Position numbers and translations under genes: made by a program. This document shows, in pieces, positions 58,765 to 64,000 of a stretch of 64,000 bases of DNA (positions are counted from its first letter, which is position 1; every line of letters begins with the position of its first letter). Origin of the DNA: Clostridia bacterium (lineage in GTDB: Bacteria; Bacillota; Clostridia; Oscillospirales; CAG-272); contig JAGBCA010000014.1 in the NCBI GenBank assembly GCA_017938205.1, forward strand, positions 25,231 through 89,230. The letters run 5' to 3'. The notes under the pieces are model-generated. The model was not told the origin of the DNA, searched no databases, and saw only the letters and a list, made by a program, of their open reading frames with translations.

Positions 58765-61158
58765 ATGAAACTGTTGTGCAATTCGAAGGGACACCTTTTT
58801 TCTAAGGAAGTTTTTAAGAACCCGCCAAACGAATATGCGCCAACCTTTGCCTGGAGCTGGAACGAGCCGATCACCCGCGAGGGGATCGACAAGCAGCTGG
58901 GCGAATTTTTCGAGGTTGGCATACGCTCGCTTTATATTCTCCCCCTGCCTAAGGAATTTCGTCCCGCACTGATGGCCACAACGCTTTCACCCGAATACCT
59001 TTCTAAGGAGTTTTTCGATCTTGTTTCCTACGCGATCCGAAAAGCGAAAGACATGGGCATGATGCTATGGCTCTACGACGAGGGAGGCTGGCCTTCGGGC
59101 GGTGCGTGCGGCAATACGTATAAGCAGAACAAGGATGCGGCAACCGAGATCCTTCACAAGAGAGACATCGCGCTTTCGGCGGGCGAATGCTACCTTGCAA
59201 GCGAGGGTACGATTGCGACCTTTCTTGGCAAAACGCGTGTTTTTGACGGATACAAAGCGGAAAAATGCGTTTCTTTGACCGAATTTTATACCGTTACCAC
59301 CGTTTCGGGCCCCAACCTCATTGATAATTTAACCCCCTCCGTCATCGAGACCTTTATTGAAAATACATACGAGGCATACGCCAAGGCAGTGGGCGATCTG
59401 TTCGGAGATAGCGTGAAGCTGATCTTTACGGACGAGCCGATGCAGCTTGCGCACTCGATCCCCAAAAGCTTTTTTGAGACATTCAAAAAGGAATACGGAT
59501 ACGATCTGTGCGATCATCTTTATGCGGTGCTTGATGAATATTCGGACGATCCCGAGATCCACCGCGTACGTATCGACTATGTACGGCTGCTCGGCAAGAC
59601 GTTCCGTGAGATCTGCTTTGGTCGGCTCGCGAACTTTTGCGAGGAGCACGGCGTTTGCTTCGGCGGACATCTGAACCTTGAGCACGTGCCGGACGGCGGC
59701 GCAAGAATGAGTTATTTCTCGGCGCTGGATTGCCTACGAAAATTCCACGTTCCCGGCATTGACGCGATCTGGGATCAGATCTGGTATCCCTACGATGAGA
59801 CAACACCCGTGCCCGAGGGATCGCTCTTCTTCCCTCGCATCGCACCTTCGGCGGCAAGGCAGATGGGGCGCGATCTTGCACTCACAGAAACGGGATCGGT
59901 CTCAAGCGAGAGCTTTTATCCCGACGTCATGCGCTACGTTCTCAATTATCAGGCGGTGCGCGGCATCAACGTTTTCAACCTGATGGCACTTCCCTACGGA
60001 AGAAAAAATCTCTCCGCGCTCGTATTCCGCCCGATGTACTGTCCCGAAAAGCCCGGCTTTTATCACCTCACGGCGGTGAACGAATATCTGTCGCGACTTG
60101 CATATCTTACACGGCTCGGTGAAGCCGTTGGAGACACGGCACTATACCATCCGTCAGCCGACTTCTGCGCTTCGGCCATGCATTCCACGCTTGCAACGCG
60201 TGCTTATAACCACGAAGGCGCGATATTGGAGGATAAACACGTTTGGTTTGATCTGATCGACGATGAGGGCATCCGCGCGGCGAAGGAAACCGCGGACGGG
60301 CTTGCGCTCGGCGATGCCGTTTACAGGCACATCGTTGTTCCGAAATGCGAATATATGCCAAAGGATGTAGCAGAAAAGATTAAAAAATACATCGGCGAGG
60401 GCGATCCGCTTCTGCCGCTTCACGATCCTGCGATCCGCGTGATGATCCGCCGTCTTGGAGAGGATGCACTTTGGTTTTTCTTCAACGGGAAAGCAGAGAT
60501 CGCAACCGACAGCGTTCCTATCCCCCATGGAAAGCACGCCTACCGCTTGGATGCATATCACGGGCAGATCCTTTCCTGCAAGGGGGAGACACTTTCGCTC
60601 TCGATCGAATGCGGGGACATGGCGATCTATCTTGTTACGGACAAGGCACTCCCTACCGACGATCTTTCTCCTGTATGGCGCAAAGCGGTGAAGGATCTTA
60701 CATCCGTTTCGATGCGAAAATTCAGCGTTGTCGAGGGTGGGATGAAAAGCGAAATTTTGCCTGTGCCCGAAGCGCTTGCGCACGATATTTCCGCAGATAT
60801 TACGTATAAGGCGGAGGTTTCGCTCCCCGCAGAGCCAAGGGCAGGCGAAGTATACCGCTTGACTCTGACGGACACACAATATTATGCAAAAGTGTGCACA
60901 GAGGAAGAAACGCTTGGCGTTTTCGCATTCACGCCAATGGTTGCCTTCGTGGATGGCGGAAAGTTAAAGAAGGATATGGTTTTGACTGTGACGGTTTCAA
61001 ACTCCGCCTCGGGTGAGATCGCGAAAAAGCGTTCCATGATCGAGGATCACTATCCCGACCATCTGAAGGGGCCTTATGCAAAAAGAAAAATGTATGCATT
61101 GGAAACGCGGTTTTCACCGCCCCATCTCGGAACACTTGTTATTGAAAAAATGGGTTAA
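58765..61158 (+). CDS. GH106-like glycoside hydrolase
   Basis: FAWSWN, EYLSKEFF, WLYDEGGWPSGGACG, IFTDEP, PGIDAIW, PSAARQMG, LTE. Confidence 0.75.
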   Translation: MKLLCNSKGHLFSKEVFKNPPNEYAPTFAWSWNEPITREGIDKQLGEFFEVGIRSLYILPLPKEFRPALMATTLSPEYLSKEFFDLVSYAIRKAKDMGMMLWLYDEGGWPSGGACGNTYKQNKDAATEILHKRDIALSAGECYLASEGTIATFLGKTRVFDGYKAEKCVSLTEFYTVTTVSGPNLIDNLTPSVIETFIENTYEAYAKAVGDLFGDSVKLIFTDEPMQLAHSIPKSFFETFKKEYGYDLCDHLYAVLDEYSDDPEIHRVRIDYVRLLGKTFREICFGRLANFCEEHGVCFGGHLNLEHVPDGGARMSYFSALDCLRKFHVPGIDAIWDQIWYPYDETTPVPEGSLFFPRIAPSAARQMGRDLALTETGSVSSESFYPDVMRYVLNYQAVRGINVFNLMALPYGRKNLSALVFRPMYCPEKPGFYHLTAVNEYLSRLAYLTRLGEAVGDTALYHPSADFCASAMHSTLATRAYNHEGAILEDKHVWFDLIDDEGIRAAKETADGLALGDAVYRHIVVPKCEYMPKDVAEKIKKYIGEGDPLLPLHDPAIRVMIRRLGEDALWFFFNGKAEIATDSVPIPHGKHAYRLDAYHGQILSCKGETLSLSIECGDMAIYLVTDKALPTDDLSPVWRKAVKDLTSVSMRKFSVVEGGMKSEILPVPEALAHDISADITYKAEVSLPAEPRAGEVYRLTLTDTQYYAKVCTEEETLGVFAFTPMVAFVDGGKLKKDMVLTVTVSNSASGEIAKKRSMIEDHYPDHLKGPYAKRKMYALETRFSPPHLGTLVIEKMG

Positions 61159-61159
61159 A

Positions 61160-61177
61160 TGCAAATAATTGTTTGCA
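61160..61177. repeat. 18-bp near-palindrome TGCAAATAATTGTTTGCA (copy 4 of 4)
   Basis: Starts 2 bp after the GH106-like stop codon, just before the terminator hairpin. Confidence 0.7.
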
Positions 61178-61185
61178 AAGAAAGC

Positions 61186-61214
61186 AAAAAGGCGGATCTT
61201 GTCCGCCTTTTTTT
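61186..61214. terminator. Bidirectional intrinsic terminator
   Basis: AAAAAGGCGGA-tcttg-TCCGCCTTTTTTT. Confidence 0.85.
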
Positions 61215-61227
61215 ATTGTTGCTTTAA

Positions 61228-62421
61228 TTACCAATAAAGCTCCCAATCGGGATTTAAGAAACGCATCAGCGCTTCCATATAGAAGTAGTCGCCCCATGTG
61301 TTCAGCTCGTGAATACCAAGGTTTCCTGCCTTATAATAGGTTGCGCATTTAAGCAGTCCGTCCGATTCGGGAATATCCTTGGTCAGATAATTATCGATCA
61401 GAGAATTCATGATTCTCTTCGCGGCGTTGTAGAATATCTGCTTATAGGGATCGGAATCATCCATATACTTATAAGCCTCCAGCATACCGCAGATCGCGCA
61501 GGATGCGGCAGAGGAGTCACGGGGCTCAACGTCTCCCTCCGTGAACCAGAGATCCCAATAAGCAACGTAGTCCTCGGGAAGCTGGTTAAGGAAATATGCC
61601 GTCGTAGCCTTGAAGGTATCGATGGACTTCTGATCGTGCTTATACTTATAGGTAAGCATCGGGCCGTAGATGCCCCACGCCTGACCGCGCGACCAAGCAC
61701 TGTCGTCACTGAGGCCCTGCTTGGTAACACCGCGAAGCGGCTCGTGTGTATTCACGTCAAAGTAATAGGTCTGGTATGTGCTTCCGTCCGCACGGCAACA
61801 AACCTCAACAGCGGTCTGGAAGTGATTGTACGCAGCCTCGGCATACTTCGGATCCCCCGTCTGCTCGGTTGCCCAATACAGAAGCGGAATGTTGAGGAGG
61901 CAGTCGATGATCAGGCGGTAGGATGCAGGATCGCCTACATCGCCCCAAGCCTGGATAAACTTACCCTTCTCGCTATAGCGCGTCATGAGATGATCGGCAG
62001 CCATCAAAGCAGCCTCTTTCGCCTTCTCGTTTCCGCAAAGCTTATAGGCGGCAACGCAGGAGGGCGTATAGATGAAGCCCATATCGTGATGGTTGACAGC
62101 GATTTTCTCCACGATTCTCGTGTGCATGGAATCGATAAAGGAAAGGGCATGCTCCTTATATTTCTCTTCCCCGGTCAACTCGTATGCAAGCCAGACCATG
62201 CCCGGCCAAAAGCCCGAGCCCCAACCCGTATTGCCGTGACGCTCGTATACGTAATTTTTGCTCGTGGAAGCAGGATAGCTTTCGGGGGTGAAGCTTGCAA
62301 GACCGATGTCGATCTTCTTCAGAGCCTCCTTCAGAGCGTATTCCAGCTTTTCTCTGGGAAGGTCAAAATCTGCATATTTTGCAGGATCCTTAATTTTTTG
62401 CGGCTTTGGAATCATTTTCAT
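61228..62421 (-). CDS. GH88 unsaturated glucuronyl hydrolase
   Basis: WGSGFWPG, HHDMGF, IIDCLLN, WSRGQAWGIYG, RDSSAA, WGDYFYMEAL. Confidence 0.92.
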   Translation of the reverse strand: MKMIPKPQKIKDPAKYADFDLPREKLEYALKEALKKIDIGLASFTPESYPASTSKNYVYERHGNTGWGSGFWPGMVWLAYELTGEEKYKEHALSFIDSMHTRIVEKIAVNHHDMGFIYTPSCVAAYKLCGNEKAKEAALMAADHLMTRYSEKGKFIQAWGDVGDPASYRLIIDCLLNIPLLYWATEQTGDPKYAEAAYNHFQTAVEVCCRADGSTYQTYYFDVNTHEPLRGVTKQGLSDDSAWSRGQAWGIYGPMLTYKYKHDQKSIDTFKATTAYFLNQLPEDYVAYWDLWFTEGDVEPRDSSAASCAICGMLEAYKYMDDSDPYKQIFYNAAKRIMNSLIDNYLTKDIPESDGLLKCATYYKAGNLGIHELNTWGDYFYMEALMRFLNPDWELYW

Positions 62422-62534
62422 TCTCCTTATTAAATGCAAATGCATAATACGCTTTCATTTTAGCATATCAGACGAAAAAAGTCAAGAAAAGCGAGGATTT
62501 TCAAGAAAAAACCTTTTTTGCATCTTCTCCTTTT

Positions 62535-63200
62535 TTACCAGATTAAAGGTAAAAGTCTGTATTTCACACGCTTTTTATATTCCGAATATCCCAAGAGCCC
62601 CTTTTCGAGAACCTTTTCCTCGTTTCGTATCCGAATCACGATCACGGCAATATACGGCAAAAAGCATAAGATCGACCAAAGCGAGCCGAGCACAACGGGA
62701 ATTGAGAGAAAAAGCCAGATCGTTACGGCATACATCGGGTGACGGACAATTCCGTAAAGTCCGGTATCAATTACCTTTTGATCTTCTTCTACCGCGATGG
62801 TTCTTGAAAGGTAGACGTTTTCACGCATCACCTCGGCATAGAGTGCGTATGAAACGAGAAGAACAACAGAGCCACCGATCACGCCCCACAGCGGAATATG
62901 CGACCAACCAAAGCGAAAATCGAGCCCCGCGACGATAAATCCGGAAAGAAATAAAAGCGCGGAAAGCGCAACAACACCCTTTTGTGTTTTTTCCTTTTCC
63001 TTGGCGTTCAGGCGTTTTTCAAGAAGAGTGGGAGCTTTGATAAATAGCACAACACCGAGCACTAGCATCGGAATGAACAAAAGACCGATAAACAACCATG
63101 CGTTTTGATAGCAAAAGCTCCCTGCGGGCAAGAAAAGCAAGGCGCCCACAAGAACAAGTCCGAGGATAAATTTTGCAAGGGCGTTGAATAAAAGCTTCAT
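62535..63200 (-). CDS. Isoprenylcysteine carboxyl methyltransferase family membrane protein
   Basis: QKVIDTGLYGIVRHPMY, RIRNEEKVL...YSEY...YRLLP. Confidence 0.88.
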   Translation of the reverse strand: MKLLFNALAKFILGLVLVGALLFLPAGSFCYQNAWLFIGLLFIPMLVLGVVLFIKAPTLLEKRLNAKEKEKTQKGVVALSALLFLSGFIVAGLDFRFGWSHIPLWGVIGGSVVLLVSYALYAEVMRENVYLSRTIAVEEDQKVIDTGLYGIVRHPMYAVTIWLFLSIPVVLGSLWSILCFLPYIAVIVIRIRNEEKVLEKGLLGYSEYKKRVKYRLLPLIW

Positions 63201-63280
63201 TTTTATCACCTCGTGATTCAATTTTCAATTCTTCCTATTCAGTATAGCATAAATAAGTGCATTGTTCAAGAAAAAAATGA

Positions 63281-63308
63281 AAAGGTCTGCATTTTCGTAC
63301 AGACCTTT
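63281..63308 (-). terminator. Probable intrinsic terminator
   Basis: AAAGGTCTG...CAGACCTTT downstream of the ArsB-like gene. Confidence 0.5.
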
Positions 63309-63314
63309 ATTCGA

Positions 63315-64000
63315 TTATATGACCCAGGCAAGGGTTAATAACGCGCTACAAAGCGTTGGAATCAGAACAACGACACCAAATTTAACAAAATCAATGTATC
63401 GCATACACACGCCTTGTGCTTTCAGCATTGCTCCCCACATAATGCCTGCGAGAGCGCCGATCGGCGTGAGAAGCGCACCGAGGTTAGATCCGATCACGGT
63501 TGCATACAAGGCGCCAAGGCCTCCCTGCTCCGAAACCACCGAGCCCATCAGAACGCTCATGGGAATATTATTCATAATATTGCAAAGGACCGTAGAAAGC
63601 ACTCCGTAGGAAATAACCGGCGGAAGCCCCGAAAGGAGCGTTGCAAGCGAGGCGGTCACCCCTTGCTCCGAGAGAGCAAGCACGATCACGAACATACCAA
63701 GCATAAAAGGAATAAGCGTCCAGGGCGCACGGTGCAAGCAGGTCATTAGTGCGGCGGGCTCTTTTCCTTGGATGCGGCTGATGATCAAAGCGCAGATAAC
63801 AAGCGAGATCACTGAAATCAAGGAGATCAACCACATATCAAAGCCAATATAGCCGCCAACGGCAAGCGCAACCGTGCAAATTCCAAGGTGTAAAAGTCCA
63901 ACGGTAACTAAGGGACGGTTCATGAAAATATGCGAGCGCGCAAGCTCCGTTTGCATCGGCGCGGACAGCACTTTGGCAAACATCAGATACAGCACGAAAA
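63315..64000 (-). CDS. ArsB/NhaD (ion transporter superfamily) permease, N-terminus outside the window
   Basis: PWTLIPFMLGMFVIV, NIMNNIPM, GSNLGALLTPIGALAGIMW. Confidence 0.75.
   Translation of the reverse strand, partial: FVLYLMFAKVLSAPMQTELARSHIFMNRPLVTVGLLHLGICTVALAVGGYIGFDMWLISLISVISLVICALIISRIQGKEPAALMTCLHRAPWTLIPFMLGMFVIVLALSEQGVTASLATLLSGLPPVISYGVLSTVLCNIMNNIPMSVLMGSVVSEQGGLGALYATVIGSNLGALLTPIGALAGIMWGAMLKAQGVCMRYIDFVKFGVVVLIPTLCSALLTLAWVI

Noticed and set aside
62535-64000. Arsenic-resistance island
   Set aside because: The permease is truncated by the window, no arsR/arsC is visible, and the ArsB/NhaD family has broad substrates.

Overview
Chromosomal segment of a spore-forming Clostridia-type firmicute (cotJABC, sigma-A consensus promoters, AGGAG ribosome-binding sites). 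About 60 CDSs: housekeeping genes (queG-like, plsY, tsaE, tsaB, rpiB, pdxK, murA, cls, recD2, nfnAB, ligA, cotJABC) interleaved with many glycan and amino-sugar catabolic genes (two GH106-like, GH2, GH3, two GH20-like, GH39, GH88, a beta-helix protein, a SASA esterase, an AGE epimerase, nagA/nagB) and four AraC regulators. A lysine riboswitch precedes an NhaC-family transporter. I saw no tRNA, rRNA, CRISPR array, transposase or integrase. The least explained signals are non-coding: (i) an 18-bp near-palindrome TGCAAAnAATTGTTTGCA at four sites, three just after stop codons; (ii) two tandem 123-bp covarying hairpins at 14125-14373; (iii) a multi-hairpin element bounded by 23-bp direct repeats at 30199-30442; (iv) an inverted-repeat-bounded multi-hairpin element at 43883-44231. 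Unusual coding features include a creatinase-fold plus creatininase-family pair inside a sugar operon, an MreB paralog lacking canonical catalytic residues followed by an unannotated 37-aa membrane peptide, a stand-alone class II amidotransferase, an AT-rich SLOG/XRE pair and a SipW/substrate pair. All calls come from reading motifs by eye; no database searches were run.
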